Assembly: GCA_963789955.1 (NCBI GenBank)
Contig: CAWBMV010000006.1
Span: 192,001-256,000, forward strand
Direction: 5' to 3'
Source of the DNA: an uncultured Candidatus Rokubacteria bacterium
GTDB taxonomy: Bacteria; Methylomirabilota; Methylomirabilia; Rokubacteriales; CSP1-6
DNA length: 64,000 nt
Positions within the stretch are counted from its first letter, which is position 1, and each line of letters opens with the position of its first letter. The notes under the pieces are model-generated. The model was not told the origin of the DNA. It saw only the letters and a list, made by a program, of their open reading frames with translations, and did not search any database. The translations under genes and the position numbers were made by a program. Positions 8,837 to 19,501 of this stretch are shown here, one piece after another.

Positions 8837-10338
8837 CTAATTCTCGATAAAGGCCCGGAGGTTGCGGCCGCGCAGCGGATGACGCAGCTTCCTGAGCGCC
8901 TTCGCCTCGATCTGGCGAATGCGCTCACGCGTCACCTCGAAGCGCTTGCCGACCTCTTCGAGGGTATGCTCGCCCTCTTCGCCGATACCGAATCGCAGTC
9001 GCAGGATTTCCTTCTCTTTCGGCGACAGCATCGACAGCGCTCGCTCGACCTGCGTGGTGAGGTCCTGGTTCAGCAGCGACTCGTTGGGCGAGCCCGCTGA
9101 CTTGTCCTCGAGGAAGTCTCCGAGCTCGGAGTCCTCACCAATGGGCGTCTCGAGCGACAGCGGCTTCCTCGACGACTCGAGGATGAGCCGAACCTTCTTG
9201 GCCGGCACGCCCGTGCGCTGCGCCAGCTCTTCCGGAGTCGGCTCACGACCGATCTCGTTGACCAGATTCCGGTTCACGCGTGAAATCCGGTTCAGGGTCT
9301 CGACCATGTGGACCGGGAATGCGGATCGTGCGCGAGTGGTCGGCGATCGCCCGGGTGATCGCCTGGCGAATCCACCAGGTGGCGTACGTCGAGAACTTGA
9401 AGCCTCGCCGGTACTGGAACCGGTCGACGGCCTTCATGAGCCCGATGTTGCCCTCCTGGACCAGATCCAGCAGGGAGAGATCGCTCCCGAGGTAGCGCTT
9501 CGCCACCGACACGACCAGGCGCAGGTTCGCCTCCATCAGCTCGCGCTTCGCCTGGCGCACCGTGCGGTCGCTCCTGTCGATCTGCTCGAGCAGAGGGCCG
9601 AGATGCTTGCGGGGAAGTCCTGCCCGCTTTTCGAGCAAACGCAGCTCTCGCGCGGCCGCCGGGTTGTGCGACCGCCGGTTGCTGCGATCCAGCTCGCTGA
9701 TCTGCTCCCAGCGACGCCGCACCTGCGCGACCAGCTCGTCGATCAGCGCCGGCTTGAGCGTCATTCCGGCGACCACGTCCTGGATCGCCTCGCGCGCCAC
9801 GGCAATGGCCGTGGCGGTGCTCTTGCGATAGGTTGCCGACCGCCGCCTGGCCTTGAGTGACTCTTCCAGGCGCGCGATCTTCCGCTCCAGCCGCCGAATG
9901 CGCTCGAAGGCCAGGACGATCGGCCGGATCGCCTTCGCTTCGAGCTCGCCCCCCTCCGGCAGGACGATCACGTCGTCGGCAGGCATCTCGCCACGACGCA
10001 ACTTATCCCCAACCTCGAGGAGGGCCTCGACGGCCATCGGGAATCGCGACGAGCGTGCGGCGCAGAGCGATCTGACCCACCTCGATGCGGCGGCCGATCT
10101 GCACCTCCTGCGCAGCGGTGAGCAGGGGAACCTTGCCGATCTCCTTCAGGTAGAGACGGACCGGATCCTCGCCCCTGCTGAGACCGGGAGCGTAAGTTTC
10201 CTCGACGGTCGCACGCGGAGTCTCCTCCGCCTCTTCATCGACCACCGTGTTTGCTTCGCGCTCTCCGGCCGAGGCCATGCTGACGGAAGCCACGGAGCTA
10301 CCCTCGACGGCATCCGAAGTCTCGCGAAATGTCATCAT
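8837..10338 (-). CDS. RpoD-like sigma-70 factor lacking region 1.1; frameshifts near 9315 and 10040
   Basis: Region 1.2 [12 protein letters not shown]; region 2 [42 protein letters not shown]; region 4 TLEEVG...[20 protein letters not shown]. Confidence 0.88.
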
Positions 10339-10650
10339 GTCACCGGCTTTCTGTCATGGGATTCCTGTTGGTTCAGATGCAGGAACCCGCTTGAAAGTTT
10401 CACCAAACTAGACTTTCATCCCATCGGAGCCCGGCTTAGGGTCATTCCCGCTGGGATCCTCGGGCGTTTCCCCGAGCCCCGAGCTCGCACCGACCCTCGC
10501 GGCGATCCCGCGCAGCCCTCTGACCGCGATTGCCCGCCGATCTATTCATGACCCGGGCGCATCAGTCGTAAACGCAACGACCCCACCCGGAGTTCCTGGA
10601 GAAATCCCGGGCCGTCCACGGCAGTGCCGGGCCTGGAGCACCCGCAGGGG

Positions 10651-10666
10651 TAGAATCGACGCTGTG
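10651..10666 (+). promoter_or_regulatory. -10 box positioned for leaderless translation
   Basis: TAGAAT, 7 nt, then the GTG start; no SD. Confidence 0.55.
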
Positions 10667-12098
10667 ATCGCCCCGAGCGCCAGCTACAGCTTCACAGTCC
10701 GGCTGCAGATCGCGAGCCGACCGGGCATGCTCGGCCGGGTCGCGTCCGCGATCGGCGACGCCGGCGGAGATATCGGCGCCGTCGACCTGGTCGAGACCAC
10801 GCGAGAGCGGACCGAGCGCGACATCACCGTCAAGGCGCGTGACAGTGTCCACGCGCAGCAGATCGTCACAAGGCTGCGGCGCGTGGCCGGCATCCGGGTC
10901 GGCGCGATCTCCGACCGGACGTTCCTCATGCACCTGGGCGGCAAGATCGAAGTCCGCAACAAGGTGCCGATCCGGACGCGGGATGACCTCTCGATGGCGT
11001 ACACCCCGGGTGTCGCTCGAGTCTGCCTCGCGATCAGGGACGATCGGCAGCGCGCCTTCTCGCTGACGATCAAGCACAACACCGTGGCGGTGGTCACCGA
11101 CGGCACCGCGGTGCTGGGCCTCGGCGACATCGGCCCCGAGGCGGCGCTGCCGGTGATGGAAGGCAAGGCGATGCTCTTCAAGGAGTTCGCCGGCGTCGAC
11201 GCCTTTCCCATCTGCCTGGCGACCAAGGACGTGGACAAGATCGTCGAGACCGTGAAGCTGGTCGCGCCGGCGTTCGGCGGCGTCAACCTCGAGGACATCG
11301 CGGCGCCGCGCTGCTTCGAGGTCGAGGAGCGCCTGCGCAAGGAGCTGGATATCCCGGTCTTCCACGACGACCAGCACGGGACGGCGGTCGTGGTGCTCGC
11401 CGCGTTGCTCAACGCGCTCAAGATCGTCCGGAAGGACCCGAGGAAGATTCGTGTGGTCGTGACGGGGGTCGGCGCCGCCGGGACGGCCACCATCAAGATT
11501 CTTCAATCCCTGGGTGTCCGTGACATCATCGGCGTCGACGAGCACGGCACGATTCACCGCGAGCGGACACGAGGCATGGACTTCATGAAGCGCTGGGTCG
11601 CCGCCGCCACCAATCCCCGCCGGGTCAAGGGCAACCTGAGCGCGGCGCTCGAGCGCGCCGACGTCTTCATCGGCCTCTCGGTCCCGGGGATCCTGTCCGC
11701 GCGCGATCTGAAGCGGATGGCGCGCGATCCCATCGTCTTCGCGATGGCCAATCCCGACCCGGAGATCCGACCTGAAGAGGCCCAGACGGCACGTGCGCGT
11801 CATGGCGACGGGCCGCTCGGACTACCCGAACCAGATCAACAATGTGCTGTGCTTCCCGGGCTTCTTTCGGGGATTGCTCGACGCCCGCGCGCGCGTGGTC
11901 AACGACGAGATGAAGCTCGCGGCGGCGCGCGCGCTGGCGGCGTGCGTGAGCCGGAGCGAGCTCTGCGAGGAGTACATCATCCCCAGCGTCTTCAACAAGG
12001 GTGTGGCGCCGGCGGTGGCCGAAGGGGTGGCCCGGGCCGCGCACGACACCGCCACGGCTCGTCGGCGGCGGCGCCTGGACGTCTCCCGCATCCGGTGA
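10664..12098 (+). CDS. NAD(P)-dependent malic enzyme with N-terminal ACT domain; frameshift near 11790
   Basis: [54 protein letters not shown]. Confidence 0.9.
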
Positions 12099-12811
12099 CA
12101 CCTCGCTGGTCGGTGGTCATTCCGGCGTTCAACGAAGCCGAACGCCTTCCGCCCTTTCTGGAGAAAGTCGTCGCGTACTTCGAGGGCCGCGACGAGCCCT
12201 ACGAGGTCATCGTCGTCGACGACGGCTCCACGGACGGCACGGCCGATATCGTGGGAGCCCGGCATCTTCCGGCGGTTCGCGTGCTGCGTCTTGCCGCGAA
12301 TACCGGGAAGGGCGCCGCGGTGCGCGCCGGGATGCTGGCCGCGAAGGGAGCGTACCGCGTCTTCGCGGACGCCGACGGCGCGACGCCGATCGAGGAGATC
12401 AAGCGCCTCGAGCCGATGCTCGTCGCCGGCGCCGACGTCGTGATCGGCTCCCGGGTCCTCGTCGATCCGGGGGTCGCGGTGACGACGCGGCCGCATCGGG
12501 TGGCCGCCGGTCGTCTCTTCAACTGGCTAGTGGCGCGGGTCGGTCTGCGGGACATCGCCGACTCGCAGTGCGGCTTCAAGGCGTTCACCGCGCCGGCCGC
12601 GAGCCGGCTGTTCGACGCGCTCTCGACAGAGGGCTTCGGCTTCGACGTCGAGATCCTGCTGCTGGCCCGGGCCGCCGGCTGTCGGATCGTCGAGGTCCCC
12701 GTCAACTGGACCGATCAGGCCGGGAGCAAAGTGGGCGTGCTTCGCCATGGGCCCGGCATGCTCTGGCAGATCGTGCAAGCACGGCGAAGAGTCGGCAGGA
12801 GGCGCCCGTGA
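12095..12811 (+). CDS. Glycosyltransferase family 2 (polyprenyl-phosphate glycosyltransferase-like)
   Basis: [43 protein letters not shown]. Confidence 0.87.
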   Translation: MTPRWSVVIPAFNEAERLPPFLEKVVAYFEGRDEPYEVIVVDDGSTDGTADIVGARHLPAVRVLRLAANTGKGAAVRAGMLAAKGAYRVFADADGATPIEEIKRLEPMLVAGADVVIGSRVLVDPGVAVTTRPHRVAAGRLFNWLVARVGLRDIADSQCGFKAFTAPAASRLFDALSTEGFGFDVEILLLARAAGCRIVEVPVNWTDQAGSKVGVLRHGPGMLWQIVQARRRVGRRRP

Positions 12812-13974
12812 CGTTCGCGCGGCGGATCGAGGAGATCGAGCCGTTCCTGGCCGTCGAAGTCGCCGAACGAGCGCAGGAGCTCGAGCGCGCCGGCATCGAC
12901 GTGGTCCATCTCGAGTTCGGCGAGCCCGACTTCGAAGCGCCGCCCGCCATCCGCGACGCGCTGGCGCGCGCGATCAAGGACGGTCGCACACGCTACACGC
13001 ACAGCCTCGGTATCCTGCCGCTTCGCGAAGCGATCGCGGAGCACTACGCGCAGACGTACGGTGTGACGGTCTCGCCGGATCAGATCCTCGTCACGGCGGG
13101 CACCTCGCCGGCCATGCTGCTCCTGTTCGGGCATCTCCTGAATCCCGGTGACGAGGTGGTGCTGAGCGATCCGTACTACGCGTGCTATCCGAACTTCATC
13201 CGCTACGCCGAGGGGCGGCCGGTCTATGTCGGAGTGACGGAAGAGGACAACTTCCAGTACCGGCCCGAAGCGATCCAGAGTCGCATCGGGCCGCGCACCC
13301 GGGCGATCGTGATCAACTCGCCCGCGAATCCAACGGGAACCGTGCTGTCGGCCGACCGCATGGCGGCGATCGGCGCGCTGAGCCGCGATCACGGTCCCCT
13401 CATCGTCTCGGACGAGATCTATCACGGGCTCAGCTACGAGGGACGTGACCGCACGATCCTCGAGTTCACCGACCGGGCCTTCGTGCTCAACGGATTCTCG
13501 AAGGCCTACGCCATGACCGGCTGGCGGCTGGGATGGGTCATCGCGCCACCCGATCACATCCGGGCGCTGCAGACGCTCTACGGCAACTTCTTCATCTCGA
13601 CCAACGAGTTCGTGCAGTGGGCCGGCGTCGCCGCCCTGCGCGAGGCCGGCGACGACAGCCGGCGCTTTCGCGCGATCTTCGACGACCGGCGCCGCGCGAT
13701 GATCGCCGGCCTCCGGTCCCTTGGATTCGGCGTCGGCGCCGAGCCGACCGGCGCATTCTACGTGCTGGCGAACGCGCGTCACCTCTCCACCGACTCGGTC
13801 CTCCTCGCCCGCGAGATCCTCGAGTCGAGCCACGTCGCGGTCACGCCCGGCGCGGCCTTCGGCGCCAACGCCGAAGGCTATCTGCGATTCTCCTATGCGT
13901 CGTCGCTCGAGCGCATTCACGAGGGCCTCGAGCGTCTGCGCCGCTTCCTCGGCGAAGCGCGACGCCGAGGCTGA
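12808..13974 (+). CDS. PLP-dependent aminotransferase class I/II
   Basis: GEPDF, NSPANPTG, SDEIY, GFSKAYAMTGWRLG. Confidence 0.9.
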   Translation: MTFARRIEEIEPFLAVEVAERAQELERAGIDVVHLEFGEPDFEAPPAIRDALARAIKDGRTRYTHSLGILPLREAIAEHYAQTYGVTVSPDQILVTAGTSPAMLLLFGHLLNPGDEVVLSDPYYACYPNFIRYAEGRPVYVGVTEEDNFQYRPEAIQSRIGPRTRAIVINSPANPTGTVLSADRMAAIGALSRDHGPLIVSDEIYHGLSYEGRDRTILEFTDRAFVLNGFSKAYAMTGWRLGWVIAPPDHIRALQTLYGNFFISTNEFVQWAGVAALREAGDDSRRFRAIFDDRRRAMIAGLRSLGFGVGAEPTGAFYVLANARHLSTDSVLLAREILESSHVAVTPGAAFGANAEGYLRFSYASSLERIHEGLERLRRFLGEARRRG

Positions 13975-14696
13975 TGGACGCCGCCTACGTCGCCGTCCAC
14001 ATCGAGGAGGACCGGTCGCACTGGTGGTTTCGCGGCCGGCTGGCCGTCATTCTCGCCGCGCTCCGTCGAGCGCTGCCGCCGCGGCGCGTTCGCCTGCTCG
14101 AGCTCGGCTGCGGCAGCGGCAACGTGCTCGGCGTCGCTCTCCGAGTTCGGCGAAGCGGTCGGGATGGACGGGCACGGCGATCTGGTCGCCGCCGCGCGCG
14201 CGGCCGGCCTCGACGTGCGGGCCGGCCATCTTCCGGACGATCTCGGCGTGCCGCAACGGCTGGGCGGACGTCGTCCTCCTGCTCGACGTGATCGAGCACG
14301 TGGACGACGACCTCGCCACGCTCCGCGCGGCGCGCACCAGCGTCGGCGAGGGAGGGCTGCTCGTCGTGACCGTGCCCGCCTATCAGTGGCTCTGGAGCGG
14401 CCACGACGAGGTCCTGGGCCATCGCCGCCGCTATACCGCCGCCGAGCTTCGCGCCGCGGTCGAGCGCGCCGGCTTCACGGTGCTGCGGGTGAGCTACTTC
14501 AACACGCTTGCTCTTTCCGCTGCTGCTCGCGGCCCGCGCGGCGAAGCGCCTGCGCGGAGATCGGGGTCACGACCTGCGACACCCCGCGGCGCCGATCAAC
14601 TGGCTGCTCGAGCGCGTGTTCGCCTTCGAGCGCCACCTCGTTCCTCGCGTTCGGCTGCCGTTCGGCTCGTCGCTTCTGCTGATCGGCCGGCGATGA
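13974..14696 (+). CDS. Class I SAM-dependent methyltransferase; about three frameshifts
   Basis: HWWFRGR, LLELGCGSG, LLDVIEH, TVPAYQWLWSGHD...HRRRY, PFGSSL spread across frames. Confidence 0.8.
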
Positions 14697-16846
14697 CCGA
14701 CACGCGCTCTGCTCGCGAATGGGCGATCGTCGGCGGCGTCTACCTGGCCCTGGTGCTGATCGCGGCGGTATGGCTGGCGGTCGACCGCACGCCGCCCGAA
14801 TGGGACCACGCAAATCACCTCGAGCGCGTCGTCCATTGCGCCGAGGACATGGCGCGGGGCGACGTGCGCACCATCATCGAGCGCTCGTCGTTCTATCCGC
14901 CGGTCGTACCATGCACGGCCGCCCTCGTGTACCGGCTGGCGCCGTCGGACGCGGCGGCGGCCCAGAGCGTGATCCTGGCGTTTCTCGGCCTCGGCATGGC
15001 CGCGGTCTATCTGCTCGGCCGGCGCGTGGCCGGCGGTACCGAGGGCGTCGTGGCCGCGGTCGTGTTCGGCTGCGCGCCGTTCGTGGTGTTCTCGGCGCTG
15101 CGCTTCCAGCTCGATCTGCCGCTGGCCGCGATGGTCGCGGTCGCGCTGCTCGTGATCTTCCTCACCGAGGGCTTCACCCGGGTCGGGTGGTCGCTGGTCG
15201 CGGGGATCGTGTTCGCCGTGGGCATGCTCACCAAGCCGCCGTTCGCGGCGTACGTCCTCGTCCCGGTTCTGCTCGCCGTCGCCTCGAGTTACCGGCGCCG
15301 TCGCGCGGCCGGCTACGCGGCGCTGGCGATCCTGGTGGGGGCCGCGCTCAGCGTGCCGTGGTACGGGCCGCGCCTCTTCGGCCTGCTCCCCCAGATCGCC
15401 AATCGTTCGTTCAAGCAAGCGGCCGAGTCGGGTCACCCGGATCCGCTCACGGCGACGGCGCTGCTGCTCTATCCGACGTGGCTCGCGCCCCAGCTCGGAG
15501 TGCTCGCGCTGCTCCTGCTCCTCGTCGGGATCGTCATCGCCGCGATGCGACGGCAATGGATCGTGCTGGCCGCGCTCCTGGCACCGTTTCTTCTTTTCGA
15601 GCTGCTCCAGAACAAGAACCTGCGCTACACCTTGCCGCTGATGCCCGTCGCCGCTGTCCTGGCCGGCATGGCCTTCGGCCTCTTGAAAGGACGTGCGCGC
15701 TCCGTCGGGGCGATCGTGCTCGGGCTGGCGTGCGCGCTCCAGGTGAGCGCCACCGTCCTGGCGGTGCCGTCAGGCTGGAAGCTGCCGGGCCTCGGCGTTC
15801 CGTTCGTCCTGGAGTCGCCGCCGCGCACCGCCAGCTGGCGGCAGCGCGAGATCCTGGCGCTGATCAGCAAGGACAGCCGAGGCGAGCCCGTGACCGTGAG
15901 CGTCGTCCCGAACGATAATTTCTTCTCCGTGAGTAACTTTCGATACTACGGGACACGCGACCGTCTCCCGCTCCAGTTCACGCGCGCCTGGGACGGTGAG
16001 CCGATCGGGATCGAGTACATGATTCTCAAGACCGGCGACGTCGGCCCGTCCTGGACCGCCGAGAAGCCGCGACGGATCGCCGAACGATTGCAGACCGACG
16101 GCGCGCTCGCGCGAGTGTTCCCGGTGATCGGCGAATTCCAGCTTCCCGACAACTCGACGGCCACCGTTCGCGCGAGGCGACTCACCGAGGACGTCCCCGC
16201 GACGGCGGCCGCCTTCGCGCGCGAGGTCCAGGCGGCAGTTCGCCGGGCGCTGGCGGACGTGGCGACCGACGTCCAGGGGCTCGAGATCAATCTGAATCAT
16301 GACGACACGATCCTGCGCGGACACATTGGCCGCGTGGAGATCCGTGCGGCGGCCGCGCGCGTCGGCGAGCTCAAGCGCCCGGGCTCGCCGCTGCTCCGCG
16401 TCGGCGACATCCAGTTCGTGTTCGAGGACGTGCTCGTCAACCCCTTCAGCGTGCACGCGAACGGGCGGTTGTCTCCGCTCGACGCCCGCCGCGCCTCCCT
16501 CGAGCGGGTGACCATCCGCGAGGACGATCTCCGGGCGTTTCTCAAGGAGCAGAAAGGGTTCAAGACGGCGTCGGTGACGTTCGAGCAGGGCGCGCTGGCC
16601 TTCGTCATCAGCCTGCCGGGGCCCGATGTCGCGGCGCGAGTCCGGGCCCTGCCGGCCACCGACCGGCCGTTCGCGCTCGTCGCCGATCACGTCACGGTCG
16701 GGGGGATCCCGGTGCCGGCGATGCTCGTCGACTGGGTCGTCCGCACGTGGGATCCGGCGCCACGGATCGCCAGCCGGCTCCCGGTGCCCGTGACTCTGGG
16801 CCGGATCGACATCACGCCCGAGGCCATCCGGATCTCGGCCCGGTAG
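14693..16846 (+). CDS. GT-C (ArnT/PMT-like) membrane glycosyltransferase with extracytoplasmic C-terminal domain
   Basis: WDHANH, FYPP, many TM helices, GMLTKP, NKNLRY; beta-rich C-terminus resembling DUF2993/LmeA. Confidence 0.75.
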   Translation: MTDTRSAREWAIVGGVYLALVLIAAVWLAVDRTPPEWDHANHLERVVHCAEDMARGDVRTIIERSSFYPPVVPCTAALVYRLAPSDAAAAQSVILAFLGLGMAAVYLLGRRVAGGTEGVVAAVVFGCAPFVVFSALRFQLDLPLAAMVAVALLVIFLTEGFTRVGWSLVAGIVFAVGMLTKPPFAAYVLVPVLLAVASSYRRRRAAGYAALAILVGAALSVPWYGPRLFGLLPQIANRSFKQAAESGHPDPLTATALLLYPTWLAPQLGVLALLLLLVGIVIAAMRRQWIVLAALLAPFLLFELLQNKNLRYTLPLMPVAAVLAGMAFGLLKGRARSVGAIVLGLACALQVSATVLAVPSGWKLPGLGVPFVLESPPRTASWRQREILALISKDSRGEPVTVSVVPNDNFFSVSNFRYYGTRDRLPLQFTRAWDGEPIGIEYMILKTGDVGPSWTAEKPRRIAERLQTDGALARVFPVIGEFQLPDNSTATVRARRLTEDVPATAAAFAREVQAAVRRALADVATDVQGLEINLNHDDTILRGHIGRVEIRAAAARVGELKRPGSPLLRVGDIQFVFEDVLVNPFSVHANGRLSPLDARRASLERVTIREDDLRAFLKEQKGFKTASVTFEQGALAFVISLPGPDVAARVRALPATDRPFALVADHVTVGGIPVPAMLVDWVVRTWDPAPRIASRLPVPVTLGRIDITPEAIRISAR

Positions 16847-16862
16847 TCGTAAGGGGAGCGTC

Positions 16863-17519
16863 ATGCGAGAGTCTCGAGACGCGAAGCGAGCCCGGGCCCG
16901 CAAGATCATTCGCGCGCTGAAGAAAGCCTATCCCGACGCCAAGATCGCCCTCGACTTCGGGAATCCACTCGAGCTGCTCGTCGCGACCATTCTGTCCGCG
17001 CAGTGCACCGACGAGCGCGTGAATCAGGTCACCCCTGCCCTCTTCAAAAAGTATGGGACCGCGCGCGACTACGCTCGAGCGAGCTCGGCCGTCCTGGAGG
17101 AAGAGGTCCGCTCCACCGGCTTCTACCGCGCGAAGACCCGCTCGATCATCGCGATGGCGAACGCGCTCCTCGACAAGCACGGCGGCGAAGTCCCGCGGTC
17201 GCGCGCGGCCCTCGTGACCTTGCCCGGAGTCGGGCTCAAGACGGCGAACGTCATCCTGGGCAATGCGTTCGGCGAGCAGGCCATCGCGGTCGACACGCAC
17301 GTGTTCCGCGTGTCTCAGCGCCTGGGACTGGCGCGCTCGGATGACCCCGAGAAAATCCACGATCAGCTCGCGGACGTACTTCCAGAAAAGGAATGGACGT
17401 TCACGACGCACCTCGTGCAGGCGCACGGGCGCCGCTGCTGCTTCGCGCGCAAGCCGCTCTGTCCGGCGTGTCCGGTCCGAACGCTCTGCCCCTGGCCCGG
17501 CAAGACCAAGATTCGTTGA
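16863..17519 (+). CDS. nth: Endonuclease III
   Basis: ILSAQCTD, HhH motif LPGVGLKTANV, AVDTHVFR, C-x6-C-x2-C-x5-C Fe-S motif. Confidence 0.95.
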   Translation: MRESRDAKRARARKIIRALKKAYPDAKIALDFGNPLELLVATILSAQCTDERVNQVTPALFKKYGTARDYARASSAVLEEEVRSTGFYRAKTRSIIAMANALLDKHGGEVPRSRAALVTLPGVGLKTANVILGNAFGEQAIAVDTHVFRVSQRLGLARSDDPEKIHDQLADVLPEKEWTFTTHLVQAHGRRCCFARKPLCPACPVRTLCPWPGKTKIR

Positions 17520-17544
17520 CAGCCCCCTGCTTCTCCCTTAGAGT
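17516..17544 (+). promoter_or_regulatory. Promoter of the rplM operon; the -35 overlaps the nth stop codon
   Basis: TTGACA-17 nt-TAGAGT. Confidence 0.7.
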
Positions 17545-17601
17545 ATGGCGTTGCGTTTTTCCAGTTTGGACGCCTACTTAGAAGCGTCAAGGGGAAGCGA
17601 G

Positions 17602-18045
17602 ATGCCGACGTTGGTACCGAAAGAAAGCGAAATCGAGCGCAAGTGGTTCATCGTGGACGCCAACGGGCAAGTCCTCGGACGTCTCGCGAGCCGCATTGCG
17701 TCAATCCTGCGCGGTAAGCACAAGCAGACGTTCGTGCCTCACCTCGACGTCGGTGATCACGTGGTCGTCGTCAACGCCGCGAAGGTCCACCTGACCGGGC
17801 GCAAGATGCGGGACAAGCAGTACCGCTGGCACTCCGGCTACATCGGAGGGCTCCGCGAGGTGAATGCCGAGACGATGCTCAGGACCCATCCCGAACGCGT
17901 CATCGAGTGGGCGGTTCAGGGGATGCTGCCCAAGACCCGCCTCGGACGGGCGATGGCCAAGAAGCTCAAGGTCTACGGCGGCGCCGCGCACCCGCACCAG
18001 GCCCAGCAGCCCGAAACTCTCACGACGAAGCCGGAGGTTCGCTAG
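17602..18045 (+). CDS. rplM: 50S ribosomal protein L13
   Basis: [38 protein letters not shown]. Confidence 0.97.
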   Translation: MPTLVPKESEIERKWFIVDANGQVLGRLASRIASILRGKHKQTFVPHLDVGDHVVVVNAAKVHLTGRKMRDKQYRWHSGYIGGLREVNAETMLRTHPERVIEWAVQGMLPKTRLGRAMAKKLKVYGGAAHPHQAQQPETLTTKPEVR

Positions 18046-18444
18046 ATGGCAGCGGTGGTCGACAGGTTTTACGCGACCGGCCGTCGCAAGACGTCCGTCG
18101 CGCGGGTGTGGATCAGGCCGGGAGCCGGACGCATCGTCGTGAACCGCCGGGCGTTCGAGGACTACTTCCCGCGCGAGACCCTGCGAATGATCATCGCCCA
18201 GCCGCTCGAGGTCACGAGCACCGTCGGGCAGTTCGACATCTTCGTGACCGTCGGCGGCGGTGGTCCCACGGGCCAGGCCGGCGCGGTCCGGCACGGGCTC
18301 TCGCGGGCGCTGGCGAAGTTCGACGAAAAGTTCCGGCTCCCGCTGAAGAAGGCCGGTCTCCTGACGCGTGATCCGCGGATGCGCGAACGGAAGAAGTACG
18401 GCCAGCCCGGCGCCCGGCAGAAGTTCCAGTACTCGAAGCGCTAA
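18046..18444 (+). CDS. rpsI: 30S ribosomal protein S9
   Basis: [27 protein letters not shown]...QYSKR. Confidence 0.97.
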   Translation: MAAVVDRFYATGRRKTSVARVWIRPGAGRIVVNRRAFEDYFPRETLRMIIAQPLEVTSTVGQFDIFVTVGGGGPTGQAGAVRHGLSRALAKFDEKFRLPLKKAGLLTRDPRMRERKKYGQPGARQKFQYSKR

Positions 18445-19499
18445 TGGCGACGATCCGCGTCGCGGTCGCCGGCGCCAGCGGGTACATGGGCGCGGAGCTC
18501 CTCCGGCTGCTCTGCGTCCATCCGCACATCACGTTGACGGGCGTCACCTCGGACCGGCTCGCCGGCGAGGCGCTCACCAAGGCCTATCCCCACCTGCGGG
18601 GGCTGAGCGAGCTTCGCTTCCACGACCTCGACGCCGAGTGGCTCGCGAGTGTCGCCGACGTGGTTTTCCTCGCGCTGCCGCATATGGAATCGCAGAAGGC
18701 GGTGCCGATTCTGCGGGCTCGCGGGCGGCGCGCGATCGATCTCTCCGCCGACTATCGGCTGCGCGATCCGAACGACTACGTGACGTGGTACAAGGCGCCG
18801 CACATCGATCTGTCCGGCCTCGGGGAGGCTGTCTACGGCCTCGCCGAGCTCCACCGGAAGGCGATCGCGCAGGCCGCGCTCGTCGCCACACCGGGCTGCT
18901 ACCCGGCCGGCGCGATCCTCGCGACGGCGCCGCTGTTCAGGGCGGGGCTCGCGCGGCTCGAAGGCGTCGTCATCGACGGAAAGTCCGGCGTGACCGGAGC
19001 CGGGGCGCAGGGTCGAAAGATCGACCCGATGTATCTCTTCACGGAAGCCAACGAGAACGTGCAGGCCTACGGGATGGCGACGCATCGGCACACGCCGGAG
19101 ATCGAGCAGGAGCTCGGGGCTCTCGCCGGATCGCCCTTGCGCGTCGCGTTCACGCCCCATCTGGTGCCGCTCAATCGCGGGCTGTTCACGACGGCCTCCG
19201 TGCCGCTCGCGTCGGCGGCGACGACGGCGCGCCTGCTCGACGTCTATCGCGAGTTCTACGCGGGTGAGCCGTTCGTTCGCGTGCTCGACGAGGGTGAGCG
19301 CCCGACCACGCGCACGGTCGTCGGCTCCAACTACTGCGACGTCACCGTCGTGGCGGACCCGCGGACCAACCGTGCGGTGTGTGTCTCGGCGCTCGACAAC
19401 CTCGGCAAGGGCGGCGCCGCGAACGGTATCCAGAATCTCAACATCATGTTCGGCTGGGGCGAGCGGACCGGGCTCGAGGCCCCGCCCGTGTACCCCTAG
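18444..19499 (+). CDS. argC: N-acetyl-gamma-glutamyl-phosphate reductase
   Basis: GASGYMG, DLSADYR, PGCY, SGVTGAG, DNLGKG. Confidence 0.95.
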   Translation: MATIRVAVAGASGYMGAELLRLLCVHPHITLTGVTSDRLAGEALTKAYPHLRGLSELRFHDLDAEWLASVADVVFLALPHMESQKAVPILRARGRRAIDLSADYRLRDPNDYVTWYKAPHIDLSGLGEAVYGLAELHRKAIAQAALVATPGCYPAGAILATAPLFRAGLARLEGVVIDGKSGVTGAGAQGRKIDPMYLFTEANENVQAYGMATHRHTPEIEQELGALAGSPLRVAFTPHLVPLNRGLFTTASVPLASAATTARLLDVYREFYAGEPFVRVLDEGERPTTRTVVGSNYCDVTVVADPRTNRAVCVSALDNLGKGGAANGIQNLNIMFGWGERTGLEAPPVYP

Positions 19500-19501
19500 G
19501 C

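Noticed and set aside
10340..10650. Possible riboswitch or sRNA between the sigma factor and malic enzyme genes
   Set aside because: Only short GC stems are visible and I could not match a known motif by eye
10664..12811. Apparent malic enzyme-glycosyltransferase fusion (715 aa)
   Set aside because: A frameshift near 11790 bridges two genes; the real malic enzyme tail is in ORF 11793..12098
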